Of a stretch of 64,000 bases of DNA, positions 30,006 to 40,498 are shown one piece after another (the first letter of the stretch is position 1; each line of letters starts with the position of its first letter). Origin of the DNA: Gammaproteobacteria bacterium (GTDB lineage: Bacteria; Pseudomonadota; Gammaproteobacteria; UBA1113); assembly GCA_021773295.1 (NCBI GenBank), contig JAJFKI010000097.1, forward strand, positions 2,508 to 66,507, read 5' to 3'. The notes under the pieces are model-generated. The model was not told where the DNA came from. It saw only the letters and a program-made list of their open reading frames with translations, and did no database searches. A program made the translations under genes and the position numbers.

Positions 30006-31166
30006 CTAGCTTATAGCTTCCGTAAATGCGATGCCCCTGAAAAAAATGTGCACTAACGATAAAGCTGTAAAAATAAGCGCCACCAATGGCGTCACCCAAG
30101 AATGCTGCCCAGGAATAATCCAGCTCCCAATATTAGAAGCAAATAATATTGCTACTGCCAGTGCTACATAAACAGCACCATAAACCACTTGCCGCTTCAG
30201 CACAAAATAATATGCCGCAAAATAGCCAATCAATGGTGCTAAAATCGCGTAGGTATTATTTTCAGTGCGGGGATTAAAAAGCATTAAATAATTCATCGCT
30301 AACAGTAAAATCCAAAACGGCGCCTGCTCTTTAGGATATTTTCGCTTGCAATAATAAGCAATGGTCAAGGTTACAAAGGCTGCCACAATGCGCCAAATTC
30401 TTTGCTGTACTTGAGAAACATCCCAATGCACTTGCGCTAATACATTAAACAACTGCGCCCAGTGAGTACTCTCGCTACTCCCTACGTGAGATGCGATGTG
30501 CAACATATCCATGGCGGCATGATACTGTGACCACACATAGCCAGGATCTTGCGTCAAAAAAGGCATCATAAACAGTATCACCATGCCCAAGGCCACACGC
30601 CATAATAATCGAGGATAAAGCACCGCAAACAACAGGACCAATACAATACTAATTGGCTTTAAGGCAAAGGCTAACATTAAAAATAATGCCGTTTTATTCC
30701 ACTGTTTATTCACCAACATCGTCGTTGCTAAAAACATTAATGCTGCCATGATTAAATTCATTTGCCCATTACGCGCATCAGAAAACGCAATGGGTACTGC
30801 AATTAATGTCATGATAAAGAAAAACCGCTCACGGTATTGAAGGGGTACGAAATCTAAAAGCCGATAAATACCATAGGCAAATAAACTGACGGATAACAGG
30901 CACCAAACAATGATATTTGCAGGAATAGATACGCTAGCAAAGGGAATATAGAGAATGGCAGACTGCGGAAAATAAATAAAGCCTTTTCCATTGCCACTAT
31001 AAAGCGCCAAGCCATGCAACCAATGTAATGCGCCGCTGCGATAGGCGTGGGTAACACTTCGATGAAAATGGCCTGCCCAAGAGCTTGTGATGGCCGTAAT
31101 CATTAGGAGACACCACAATAACCAGGCTCGCTGCTTTACGATGAATTCACGCATTGCTTTTTTCAT
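30006..31166 (-). CDS. Polytopic inner-membrane protein, ~11 TM; possibly a GT87/DUF2029-like glycosyltransferase
   Basis: Hydrophobicity pattern only. Family assignment is a weak recollection. Confidence 0.4.
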   Translation of the reverse strand: MKKAMREFIVKQRAWLLWCLLMITAITSSWAGHFHRSVTHAYRSGALHWLHGLALYSGNGKGFIYFPQSAILYIPFASVSIPANIIVWCLLSVSLFAYGIYRLLDFVPLQYRERFFFIMTLIAVPIAFSDARNGQMNLIMAALMFLATTMLVNKQWNKTALFLMLAFALKPISIVLVLLFAVLYPRLLWRVALGMVILFMMPFLTQDPGYVWSQYHAAMDMLHIASHVGSSESTHWAQLFNVLAQVHWDVSQVQQRIWRIVAAFVTLTIAYYCKRKYPKEQAPFWILLLAMNYLMLFNPRTENNTYAILAPLIGYFAAYYFVLKRQVVYGAVYVALAVAILFASNIGSWIIPGQHSWVTPLVALIFTALSLVHIFFRGIAFTEAIS

Positions 31167-31214
31167 CTCTTATTCCCTTCAATAAAGCTTTTAAACAACA
31201 TCGCAATGCGAATG

Positions 31215-31241
31215 TAGGGGCAGTTCGCGAAGCGCCCTCTA
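31215..31241. repeat. REP-like palindromic element, degenerate copy (TAGGGGCAGTTCGCGAAGCGCCCTCTA)
   Basis: Related to the perfect copies at 31314 and 38245. Confidence 0.5.
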
Positions 31242-31310
31242 AATGTTGCTATTTCTCATATACGATTATTTAGCACTGTCCTAAAGAAAATAATCAGCAC
31301 CAAATTTACA

Positions 31311-31338
31311 GCAGGGCGGTTCGCGAACCGCCCCTACA
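31311..31338. repeat. REP-like palindromic element: perfect 20-bp palindrome GGGCGGTTCGCGAACCGCCC, just downstream of the rplI stop
   Basis: Its own reverse complement. Position is terminator-like. Confidence 0.55.
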
Positions 31339-31342
31339 AAAA

Positions 31343-31789
31343 TTACGCCTCAACGACATTTAGCTTAACAGTAGCCGTCACATCCGTATGCAGCGCTAAC
31401 ACAATATCATGCTCACCTGTTTGGCGAATTGGACCTTCAGGTAATTGTATTTCACTCTTTTCAATTTCATGGCCGGCAGCAGCAAGTGCATCTGCCACTT
31501 CGCGGACATTGATAGAGCCATAAAGCTTACCTTCATCCGCAGACTGTGCTGCAATTGTCACAGCAACATCTACAAGCTTCTCAGCACGCGCTTGTGCTTT
31601 AGCTAATAACTCTGTTGCAGCTTTTTCTAATTCAGCTCGCTTTGCTTCAAAATCTACTAAATTTTCTTTAGTAGCCGCTAACGCTTTGCCATAGGGAATT
31701 AAGTAATTACGACCGTAGCCTGCTCGCACCTCAACTTTATCACCAAGGCTGCCAACATTACGGATTTTTTCTAATAAAATAACTTCCAT
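31343..31789 (-). CDS. rplI: 50S ribosomal protein L9
   Basis: [36 protein letters not shown]. Confidence 0.95.
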   Translation of the reverse strand: MEVILLEKIRNVGSLGDKVEVRAGYGRNYLIPYGKALAATKENLVDFEAKRAELEKAATELLAKAQARAEKLVDVAVTIAAQSADEGKLYGSINVREVADALAAAGHEIEKSEIQLPEGPIRQTGEHDIVLALHTDVTATVKLNVVEA

Positions 31790-31804
31790 CGTTTTGCCCT
31801 CGAC

Positions 31805-32029
31805 TTATTTATGGTGATCACAGTATGGTAACAAGGCAAGATAACGCGCGCGCTTGATAGCCATGGCTAATCGGCGCTGATACTTTGCTTGCACCCCAGT
31901 AATACGGCTTGGGACCATTCTACCGGATTCGGTTAAAAACCTTTTTAAAAGACCAATGTCTTTGTAGTCAATCTCTTTTGACTCGCCATTGGTGAAAGGA
32001 CAAAATTTTCGATTACGTCGACTTATCAT
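31805..32029 (-). CDS. rpsR: 30S ribosomal protein S18
   Basis: [28 protein letters not shown]. Confidence 0.95.
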   Translation of the reverse strand: MISRRNRKFCPFTNGESKEIDYKDIGLLKRFLTESGRMVPSRITGVQAKYQRRLAMAIKRARYLALLPYCDHHK

Positions 32030-32042
32030 CGTTCACTCCTAC

Positions 32043-32570
32043 TTACTGTTGCTCTTGGGTCATTTCTTCAGCTGGTGGCGCCTGTCTGGAACCACGATCA
32101 CCGCGCTCACTGCGATCACCACGCTCACCGCGCTCACCACGATCACCGCGATCACCGCGCTCACCACGATCACCACGATCACCGCGCTCACCACGATCAC
32201 CGCGCTCACCACGATCACCGCGCTCACCACGATCACCGCGCTCACGCTCATCTTTGGGTTTCATCATTGAAGATGGCTCAGTGATGGCTTCTTTTTCACG
32301 GCTAATCATGTGACGCAATACCGCATCATTAAAGCGGAAAATATTGGCTAATTCATTCATAACTTCTTGATCAGACTCAACATTCATTAACACGTAGTGT
32401 GCTTTGTGAACTTTATTGATTTGGTAGGCTAGTTGCCGACGGCCCCAATCTTCTAAGCGATTAATTTTACCTTTTTTGGTTTCGATCATGCCTTTATAGC
32501 GTTCAATCATGCCTGGTACTTGCTCAGATTGATCGGGATGTACTAGAAATACGATTTCATAATGTCGCAT
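32043..32570 (-). CDS. rpsF: 30S ribosomal protein S6 with a ~70-aa C-terminal (ERGDRG)n repeat extension
   Basis: [26 protein letters not shown]6 core (~105 aa), then [16 protein letters not shown].... rpsF sits directly next to rpsR; there is no priB. Confidence 0.9.
   Translation of the reverse strand: MRHYEIVFLVHPDQSEQVPGMIERYKGMIETKKGKINRLEDWGRRQLAYQINKVHKAHYVLMNVESDQEVMNELANIFRFNDAVLRHMISREKEAITEPSSMMKPKDERERGDRGERGDRGERGDRGERGDRGDRGERGDRGDRGERGERGDRSERGDRGSRQAPPAEEMTQEQQ
32093..32246 (-). repeat. Tandem repeat with an 18-bp period (GATCACCGCGCTCACCAC) and a 9-bp sub-period, ~8.5 units, inside the rpsF 3' coding region
   Basis: Seen directly. It causes three spurious overlapping ORFs (31989..32270+, 32060..32251-, 32075..32284+) with HDH/TAL/VIV repeats. 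Confidence 0.9.
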
Positions 32571-32696
32571 TATAGACTCCTTACGGTTTAAACAGCTTTT
32601 AGGCCTATCCTAAAAGCAAGGAAGCGAGGCATTGTAGGGGAGAATGGCTGAAAATGCAACAAATCGTAGCACAAAACTATATTTTGTAATGTTGGT

Positions 32697-33440
32697 TTAA
32701 CTTAAACCAACTCGTTGCCGCACCACCTCAAAGAGGCTGATGCCGGTAGCGACTGATACATTGAGGCTATCCACATAGCCTTGCATGGGTAATGACACGA
32801 GATCATCGCATTTAGTTTTGGTAAGCTGGCGTAAGCCTTTGCCTTCGGCGCCTACTACTAGGGCAATGGAGCCTTTGAAGTCTATATCATAGAGGGTTTG
32901 CTTGGCTTCGCCAGCCAAGCCGTAAATCCAGATGCCTTGCTGTTGTAAGGATTCGATGGTTCTGGCGATGTTGGTGACTTGAAAAAAGGGGACGGTTTCA
33001 GCGGCGCCGCAGGCGACTTTTCTCACGGTGGGTGTGATAGAAACCGCTTTATCTTTAGGAACTACCACTGCATCAACGCCAGCGGCATCGGCACTGCGTA
33101 AACATGCTCCTAAATTATGAGGATCTTGCACGCCATCTAATATCAAAATAAAAGCTGGTTTTGTTAATTGCTCTAAGACATCATCAACCGTTTCATACGA
33201 TTGTTTCTGGGATGAAAGTTGCAACACAACTCCTTGGTGATTCGCACCAGCACTCATGTCATCTAATTGTTGCCGCGATAAAGACTCTGCCGATACACCC
33301 GCTTTCTTTGCTAAAGATACGAGTGATTGTATGGATTTATCCTTACGATTATTTAACACAAATAATCGATTCACTGCTTGGGGAGTTTTTTCAAGGCAGG
33401 CTTTCGCGCTGTGGATCCCAAAAACATAATTCAGTGTCAT
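32697..33440 (-). CDS. rlmB: 23S rRNA (guanosine2251-2'-O)-methyltransferase RlmB (SpoU family)
   Basis: SpoU/TrmH motifs (ILILDGVQDPHNLGACLRSADAAGV; LNVSVATG). Downstream of rnr as in E. coli. Confidence 0.9.
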   Translation of the reverse strand: MTLNYVFGIHSAKACLEKTPQAVNRLFVLNNRKDKSIQSLVSLAKKAGVSAESLSRQQLDDMSAGANHQGVVLQLSSQKQSYETVDDVLEQLTKPAFILILDGVQDPHNLGACLRSADAAGVDAVVVPKDKAVSITPTVRKVACGAAETVPFFQVTNIARTIESLQQQGIWIYGLAGEAKQTLYDIDFKGSIALVVGAEGKGLRQLTKTKCDDLVSLPMQGYVDSLNVSVATGISLFEVVRQRVGLS

Positions 33441-35638
33441 CGTTTTTTTCTGCCGGGCTTTGGTGCCGTTACTAATTCGAAATCAATTTTACGCTCATCG
33501 AGATTGACGCTGATAACTCTCACTTTTAAAGGATCCCCTAACTGAAAACGCACACCGGAGCGTTCGCCAATGAGTTGGTGCCGCACGGCATCAAAATGAT
33601 AATAATCATTTGTCAGTGAAGTCACGTGCACTAAGCCTTCGACAAAAATATCTTTTAATGCCACAAAAACACCAAACCCGGTGACGCCAGTAATAATACC
33701 TTCAAATTCTTCTCCGAGCTTATCTTGCATGTATTCGCATTTGAGCCAATCGATCACATCACGTGTGGCATCATCTGCGCGGCGCTCACTCATGGAACAG
33801 TGTCCACAGTATTGGCCAATTTTTTCTTCGCTATAATAAAAGTCTTTTGCCTTGCCACCGGTGATGAGATGTTTAATCGCACGGTGGACTAATAAATCTG
33901 GATAACGCCGAATGGGTGAAGTGAAATGCGTATAAGCCTCATAGGCCAAACCAAAATGTCCTTGGTTTTCTGGATGATAAACTGCTTGTGAAAGAGATCG
34001 TAACAATACGGTTTGTATCATGCTAAAGTCCGGACGTTTAGCAATTTTTTCAATCACTATCGCATAATCTTGTGGTCCAGGTTCAGAACCACCCCCCAAA
34101 TTTAAACCGAGTTCACTCAAGAATTGTCTCAAGCCTGCTAACTTATCCGCATCGGGGCCACCATGAATCCGGTATAAGCCCGCAATTTTATGTTTTAATA
34201 AAAACTGTGCCGCACAGACGTTTGCGGTTAACATGCACTCTTCAATGAGTTTGTGTGCATCATTGCGCTGTGTCGGAACGATTTTATCAATTTTGCCATT
34301 ATCATCGAACATAATCCGAGTCTCAGGCACATCGAAATCTAAAGCACCGCGGTTTTGTCGATGTTTGTGAAGAATTTTATATAAAGCATATAAGTCTTCT
34401 AAGTGTGGATAAACTTTTTGGTATTTATTAATTAAGTCTTTATCCTTATCCACTAACATTGCCGCTACTTGATTGTAGGTCAAGCGCGCCCTGGATTGCA
34501 TCAGCGCTTCATAAAATTGGAAATTTTGAATTTTACCCCGTGTCGATAAGCTAATATCACACACCATACACAAACGTTCCACTTTGGGATTTAAAGAACA
34601 TAAACCATTGGATAATTGTTCGGGTAACATAGGGATAACGCGCTGAGGAAAATAAACAGAATTACCGCGATTAGCTGCTTCATCATCTAGCACACTGCCC
34701 ACTTCCACATAAGCTGACACATCTGCAATGGCGACAATCAAGCGCCATCCATTTTTTTGTTTTTCGCAATAGACCGCGTCATCAAAATCTTTTGCATCGG
34801 CGCCATCAATGGTGACTAAGGGTAAGGTCTTAATATCCTTACGCCCGTTTTTCGCGCTCGTGCTTACCTTAGTCGGAATATTTGGAATTTCTGCTTGTAC
34901 GGCTTCGGGCCATTCGTAAGGGATCCCATGTCCGCGTAGTGCAATATCAATTTCCATACCTGGATCCATATGTTCACCTAGCACATCAACAATTTTCCCC
35001 ACGGGACATGATCGTGCTGAGGGTTGTGAAATAATATCTACCGTGACAATTTGCCCTACCTTGGCGCCTAAAGTATCTGAGGGTAAGATTAAAATATCTT
35101 GTGTGAATTGCTTACCTTCAGGCGTGGCAAACGCTACGCCTTCATGCAGCACAAAGCGACCGACTAATTGTGTGGTGTTACGCTCTAGAACTTCAACAAT
35201 AGCACCTTCATCGCGGCCTTTATGATCTTTACCTTTAACCCGCACCATGACTCTATCACCATGAAAGACTTTGCGCATTTGCCTAGCGGCTAAGAAAATA
35301 TCGTCACCACCTTTATCCGGCATCAAAAATCCAAAACCATCACGATGAGCAATAATGCGCCCTGGGATTAAATCCATTTTATTGGCAATCCCATAGTGCT
35401 TTTTGCGATTGAAAATTAATTGGCCATCACGACACATGGCTTTTAGACGGCGCGACAAGGCTTCTACTTGTTCATCATCATCACCGATATCTAAATGCTT
35501 AGCGATTTGTTGGTAACTCAATGTTTGTTTCGATTCACTCAACACCTGGAGAATATATTCGCGACTAGGGATTGGATTGGAATATTTTTGTGCTTCTCTG
35601 TCAGCGTAGGGATCTTTTCGTTGTTTTTTCTTTCCCAC
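33437..35638 (-). CDS. rnr: Ribonuclease R. Start placed at the GTG giving MGKKKQRKDPYADREAQKYSNPIPSREYIL; the longest ORF would extend to 35764
   Basis: N-terminus aligns with E. coli RNase R (DPFQEREAEKYANPIPSREFIL). Has the RNB catalytic region (DDAVYCEK, HFGL..Y.HFTSPIRRYPD) and a C-terminal S1 domain. Confidence 0.88.
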   Translation of the reverse strand: MGKKKQRKDPYADREAQKYSNPIPSREYILQVLSESKQTLSYQQIAKHLDIGDDDEQVEALSRRLKAMCRDGQLIFNRKKHYGIANKMDLIPGRIIAHRDGFGFLMPDKGGDDIFLAARQMRKVFHGDRVMVRVKGKDHKGRDEGAIVEVLERNTTQLVGRFVLHEGVAFATPEGKQFTQDILILPSDTLGAKVGQIVTVDIISQPSARSCPVGKIVDVLGEHMDPGMEIDIALRGHGIPYEWPEAVQAEIPNIPTKVSTSAKNGRKDIKTLPLVTIDGADAKDFDDAVYCEKQKNGWRLIVAIADVSAYVEVGSVLDDEAANRGNSVYFPQRVIPMLPEQLSNGLCSLNPKVERLCMVCDISLSTRGKIQNFQFYEALMQSRARLTYNQVAAMLVDKDKDLINKYQKVYPHLEDLYALYKILHKHRQNRGALDFDVPETRIMFDDNGKIDKIVPTQRNDAHKLIEECMLTANVCAAQFLLKHKIAGLYRIHGGPDADKLAGLRQFLSELGLNLGGGSEPGPQDYAIVIEKIAKRPDFSMIQTVLLRSLSQAVYHPENQGHFGLAYEAYTHFTSPIRRYPDLLVHRAIKHLITGGKAKDFYYSEEKIGQYCGHCSMSERRADDATRDVIDWLKCEYMQDKLGEEFEGIITGVTGFGVFVALKDIFVEGLVHVTSLTNDYYHFDAVRHQLIGERSGVRFQLGDPLKVRVISVNLDERKIDFELVTAPKPGRKKR

Positions 35639-35810
35639 CTTTGGTTTCCTTTTTTGAGCAACTGCTATACTTGCGGTTACATGCTTAATTCGTACGTTTT
35701 CTACCTCGGCAATCCTTGCCAGTAATAGAGTATAGTATAGCGTCTTTTGGCATGACGATTGCAAAATCTATTTGACTGTTTAACGACCATAACACACATG
35801 AGGGGGTAAC

Positions 35811-36074
35811 ATGTTAAAACGAACAGGATTGGTACTGATAACGCTGGCGGCCAGTGTAACATTGGCAGCTTGTGATAGCTATACAGTGCATGATTACAAC
35901 GATCCTGGTTCACCCAGTATTTCAACACATGCTGGCAACCGCGATTCTATCTGCCGTAAATTAGCAAGAGAACTAGGTTATAATGGCCACAACAACTATG
36001 ATGAAATGTACAAAAGCAGCCCAAGCAAGTACAAGAAAGTGCAAAGCTTTAAAGCCCATGGCTGTGATAAATAA
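35811..36074 (+). CDS. Small putative lipoprotein (87 aa; lipobox LAAC)
   Basis: Signal peptide plus Cys at +1. AGGGGG SD 6 nt upstream of the ATG. Followed by a hairpin. Confidence 0.5.
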   Translation: MLKRTGLVLITLAASVTLAACDSYTVHDYNDPGSPSISTHAGNRDSICRKLARELGYNGHNNYDEMYKSSPSKYKKVQSFKAHGCDK

Positions 36075-36080
36075 AAAAAT

Positions 36081-36102
36081 GGCCGTAGCTCACGCTACGG
36101 CC
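36081..36102. terminator. Perfect hairpin GGCCGTAGC-TCAC-GCTACGGCC flanked by A7 (5') and AATTC (3'); likely a bidirectional terminator
   Basis: Seen directly. Confidence 0.5.
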
Positions 36103-36450
36103 AATTCAAGAGAACGGAAACTTTAAGCTAACATCCCCCCTATATCTTTATTCTGTCATTTAATAATTTGTCTGTCCCACACATCGATAATCTAACGAAT
36201 CTTTCAGTTGCTACTTTAGGAAATAAACATTAACGGAACATTAAGGATTTTTTTTATTTTGAAAATTTTTAAAATTAATTTTATTTTGTATAAAATTTTT
36301 CTAGAAACCCCATCACATTGTCCACTATTAAAACAACCCCCGCATGTTTAGATAAAAACATGAACAACAAAACTGATTTAAAATGAACTAAAAAAATCTT
36401 ACAGAAAAAATTCGCCCTGTTGTTACCCCAGAATGCGGTGGGGGTATTCA

Positions 36451-36480
36451 TTGACAAAGTGACAAGGCATTATTAAAGTG
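36451..36480 (+). promoter_or_regulatory. Sigma70-type promoter for tRNA-Leu (TTGACA -17- TAAAGT), preceded by a ~350-bp AT-rich tract
   Basis: Consensus hexamers at correct spacing, ~10 bp before tRNA +1. Confidence 0.5.
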
Positions 36481-36488
36481 ACCGGCAA

Positions 36489-36572
36489 GCCGAGGTGGTG
36501 GAATTGGTAGACACGCAAGCTTCAGATGCTTGTGGGGGCAACCCCGTGGAGGTTCAAGTCCTCTCCTCGGCA
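36489..36572 (+). tRNA. tRNA-Leu (anticodon CAG), type II long variable arm; CCA not encoded
   Basis: Acceptor GCCGAGG/CCTCGGC, anticodon loop TTCAGAT, T-arm GGTTCAAGTCC. Confidence 0.9.
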
Positions 36573-36591
36573 AATCTAACGTAGCAAATTA

Positions 36592-37893
<1,302 letters not shown>

Positions 37894-38094
37894 CTACAAA
37901 ACAAATTGATGAATAACCACCACGATAGCCATGCCTACTAACATACACACAAACCCCGTGATTCTGATGCTTTTATCCGTCTGCTGAGCTAAGGATTGCA
38001 CAAACTGCCGCCAACGATCGGGTGACAAGAAGGGTAACACCCCTTCTAAGACCAACATTAACCCTAATGCCATGAACAATAACTTCCAACTCAT
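37894..38094 (-). CDS. DUF2065 (YjeT-like) small membrane protein
   Basis: 66 aa, two TM. Occupies the same hflC-yjeT-purA position as in E. coli. Confidence 0.7.
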   Translation of the reverse strand: MSWKLLFMALGLMLVLEGVLPFLSPDRWRQFVQSLAQQTDKSIRITGFVCMLVGMAIVVVIHQFVL

Positions 38095-38242
38095 TGCCTA
38101 ACCTTAATTAACGCCAAACAGCGATGAGTATAGTACCCGAAGGCTGACGTTTTGTCATCCATGAACATTAGGTTAATAATAAAATCGTTGAAAACTTAGT
38201 GGTATGTTACGGATTATCCAACATGCTATCTAACAAAAACAT

Positions 38243-38267
38243 AAGGGCGGTTCGAGAACCGCCCCTG
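38243..38267. repeat. REP-like palindromic element copy (GGGCGGTTCGAGAACCGCCC; one substitution relative to the 31314 copy), downstream of the hflC stop
   Basis: Shares the AAGGGCGGTTCG.GAACCGCCCCTG flanks with the 31311-31338 copy. Confidence 0.55.
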
Positions 38268-38318
38268 TGCCACCCTTCCTGAGGTGAAGTTACTTCCCTA
38301 AAAAGAGGAAGAAAGAAA

Positions 38319-39224
38319 CTAAGATTTTTTGTTCTTGCTGCTGCCTGTTGCATTATTGAAATAGCGTAAGAAATCACTCTCCGGCGTTAGCAATAAGATA
38401 TCGTCTTTGGTATTAAACGTTTGCGCATAGGCTTGCATGCTACGATAGAAGGCATAAAACTCTGGGTTTTTGTTATAAGCCTCAGCATAGATTTTTGCAG
38501 CATGCTTATCACCACCGGCTCGGGTTTTATTGGCAGTCGCATTTGCTTGGGCCACAATGATAGTGGACTTGGCATCAGCTTGGGCGCGGATAGCTTCGCC
38601 TTCTGCTCTACCTTTAGCGCGTAACTCTGTCGCCACTTTGAAACGCTCAGCGCGCATTCTTTCAAAGACAGAGCCACTTACTTCCTCAGGCAAATCAATT
38701 CCTTTAATCCGCACATCAACCACTTTAATCCCTAAACCTTCAGCGCCTTTTTTGGCTTGTTGTTTTAGAGCATGCATGATAGCAAGTCTGTCGTCCGAAA
38801 CAACCTCGCTAATGGTGCGAAGACCAAACTGCGCTCGCAGAGCATCATTGAGTTGTTGTTCCAATAAGGTTTCAGCTTCTTGGGAATTACCACTGGTACG
38901 TTTGTAGTACAAAGGTACATCGGAAATTTCCCAACGCACATAGTAATCGGCAATCACATTCTTTTTATTCACCGTCACAATGGGCGATGATTTGATGTCT
39001 AAGTTTTGTAAACGCACATCGAAGGTTTTTACCGTATCGAGAAATGGCATTTTCAAGTGCAGACCTGGCCCTGCCACGAAGGTTTGGCCGTTACTTTGTT
39101 GGCGCAATTTACCCAGTCTTAAAACCAGACTACGGCTACCTTCCGTCACGGTAAACAAACTCGAAAAAAGAACGAGTAACGCCAGCAGGGCAACGATTAA
39201 TATAAATTTAACTTTAACTGACAT
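38319..39224 (-). CDS. hflC: HflC (SPFH/band-7) protease modulator
   Basis: N-terminal TM plus SPFH domain. Synteny hflX-hflK-hflC. Confidence 0.9.
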   Translation of the reverse strand: MSVKVKFILIVALLALLVLFSSLFTVTEGSRSLVLRLGKLRQQSNGQTFVAGPGLHLKMPFLDTVKTFDVRLQNLDIKSSPIVTVNKKNVIADYYVRWEISDVPLYYKRTSGNSQEAETLLEQQLNDALRAQFGLRTISEVVSDDRLAIMHALKQQAKKGAEGLGIKVVDVRIKGIDLPEEVSGSVFERMRAERFKVATELRAKGRAEGEAIRAQADAKSTIIVAQANATANKTRAGGDKHAAKIYAEAYNKNPEFYAFYRSMQAYAQTFNTKDDILLLTPESDFLRYFNNATGSSKNKKS

Positions 39225-39226
39225 GC

Positions 39227-40420
39227 TTATCCCCCTCGCCCAGTTCTTTCAGAAAATCGTGATGGATGCAATGAGTAATAATTTTTGGAAGTATCACTAC
39301 TGCTCGTTGTCGTGGATGTGTTTTGCGGTAATAACGGCGGTTGCGCTCCAGTAACATTGCCGCTATTGATTTGCGACAATAGTTGTTGCAAAGGCAGACC
39401 TAGGATCAAATTACTCCCCTTTTGCTCATCAATAAAGATTTTACTAGTGCGAGATAAGACATTTTGAATCGCACCGATGTAGATACGTTCACGAGTCACT
39501 TGTGGCGCTTGCTGGAATTGCGGCAAGACGGCTAAGTAACGCGCTGTTTCACCTTGAGAGTTCAACACGACTTTACCTTTATACGCTTGGGCATCTGCCA
39601 GCAAACGTTTTTGTTGTCCAACCGCCCTTGCAACTTTTTGCTCAAGATACGCTTGCGCTTGGTTAATGAAACGCTCTCTATCTTGCTCGGCTTTAATAGC
39701 GTCATCAAAGGCTTCTTTTACTTGCTCTGGTGCTTTTGCTGGTTGCAAAGAAACATTAGTGACCCCAATACCTGCCTGGTATTGCGCTAATATCTTTTCT
39801 AATTGCACCTGCGTTTGTTGCCTGACCACTTCACGACCTGAGGTTAAGACTTCATCTAAGGTTGAATTACCAATGACTTGACGCAAAGCACTCGCGGTTG
39901 CTTCTTGCAAACTGACAATCGGATTGATGACTTTGAATAAGAAATCATTCAGGTTGTTGATTCGGTACTGTACCGATACAGTGACTGTGACAATGTTTTC
40001 ATCTTTAGTCAGCATGTTAGCGGTGTATGTGTAGGAGTAAATTTTTTGCACGTCGACTTTATACACTGAGTCAATAAAACGCGGTGCCCAGTGTGGACCT
40101 TCACCCACGGTTTTAGAGTATTTACCAAATCGTAACACCACCGCTTCTTGCGCTGGTTTGACAATATAAATACCAGAGAGAATCCAAATGGCCAAAATGG
40201 CGATAATAATGGCAATACCGGAAAAAGACATGGCTTTGGGCGAGGGCCCTTCGCCATCACCGCCCGTGTCACTACCTTTACCATTACCACCCATCACTTG
40301 ATCGAGTTTTTTTTGTAGGTTTTTTAACATTTTATCCAACTCAGGCGGACCCTGGTTTTTTCGTGGACGACCCCATGGATCTTTATCGTTATTATCCCCA
40401 CCCGGTTCGTTCCAGGCCAT
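39227..40420 (-). CDS. hflK: HflK (SPFH/band-7) protease modulator
   Basis: G/D-rich N-terminus, TM, SPFH domain. Confidence 0.9.
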   Translation of the reverse strand: MAWNEPGGDNNDKDPWGRPRKNQGPPELDKMLKNLQKKLDQVMGGNGKGSDTGGDGEGPSPKAMSFSGIAIIIAILAIWILSGIYIVKPAQEAVVLRFGKYSKTVGEGPHWAPRFIDSVYKVDVQKIYSYTYTANMLTKDENIVTVTVSVQYRINNLNDFLFKVINPIVSLQEATASALRQVIGNSTLDEVLTSGREVVRQQTQVQLEKILAQYQAGIGVTNVSLQPAKAPEQVKEAFDDAIKAEQDRERFINQAQAYLEQKVARAVGQQKRLLADAQAYKGKVVLNSQGETARYLAVLPQFQQAPQVTRERIYIGAIQNVLSRTSKIFIDEQKGSNLILGLPLQQLLSQINSGNVTGAQPPLLPQNTSTTTSSSDTSKNYYSLHPSRFSERTGRGG

Positions 40421-40498
40421 GTTGTTCTCCTGTCAAATAAAAAAATGATAGGTACCATCTTAGGGCACTCGCTACTGTCTGGCAACTGTCTCGCTCAT

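Noticed and set aside
31989-32284. Three overlapping ORFs with HDH/TAL/VIV repeats, and a possible CRISPR-like array
   Set aside because: They are translation artefacts of the 18-bp tandem repeat inside rpsF. The repeats are contiguous with no unique spacers, and they are in-frame with S6, so this is not CRISPR.
35639-35764. N-terminal 42-aa extension of RNase R in the longest ORF
   Set aside because: Alignment to the E. coli RNase R N-terminus begins at the GTG-initiated MGKKKQRKDPYADRE. The longer ORF would leave only 46 bp for two divergent promoters.
38387-39354. Multiple 60-125-aa ORFs on both strands inside hflC and hflK
   Set aside because: They are embedded in and antisense to well-supported SPFH genes, with no independent signal. 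The same applies to the small ORFs inside coaBC, hutH, dnaB, pit and aroG listed in the track.
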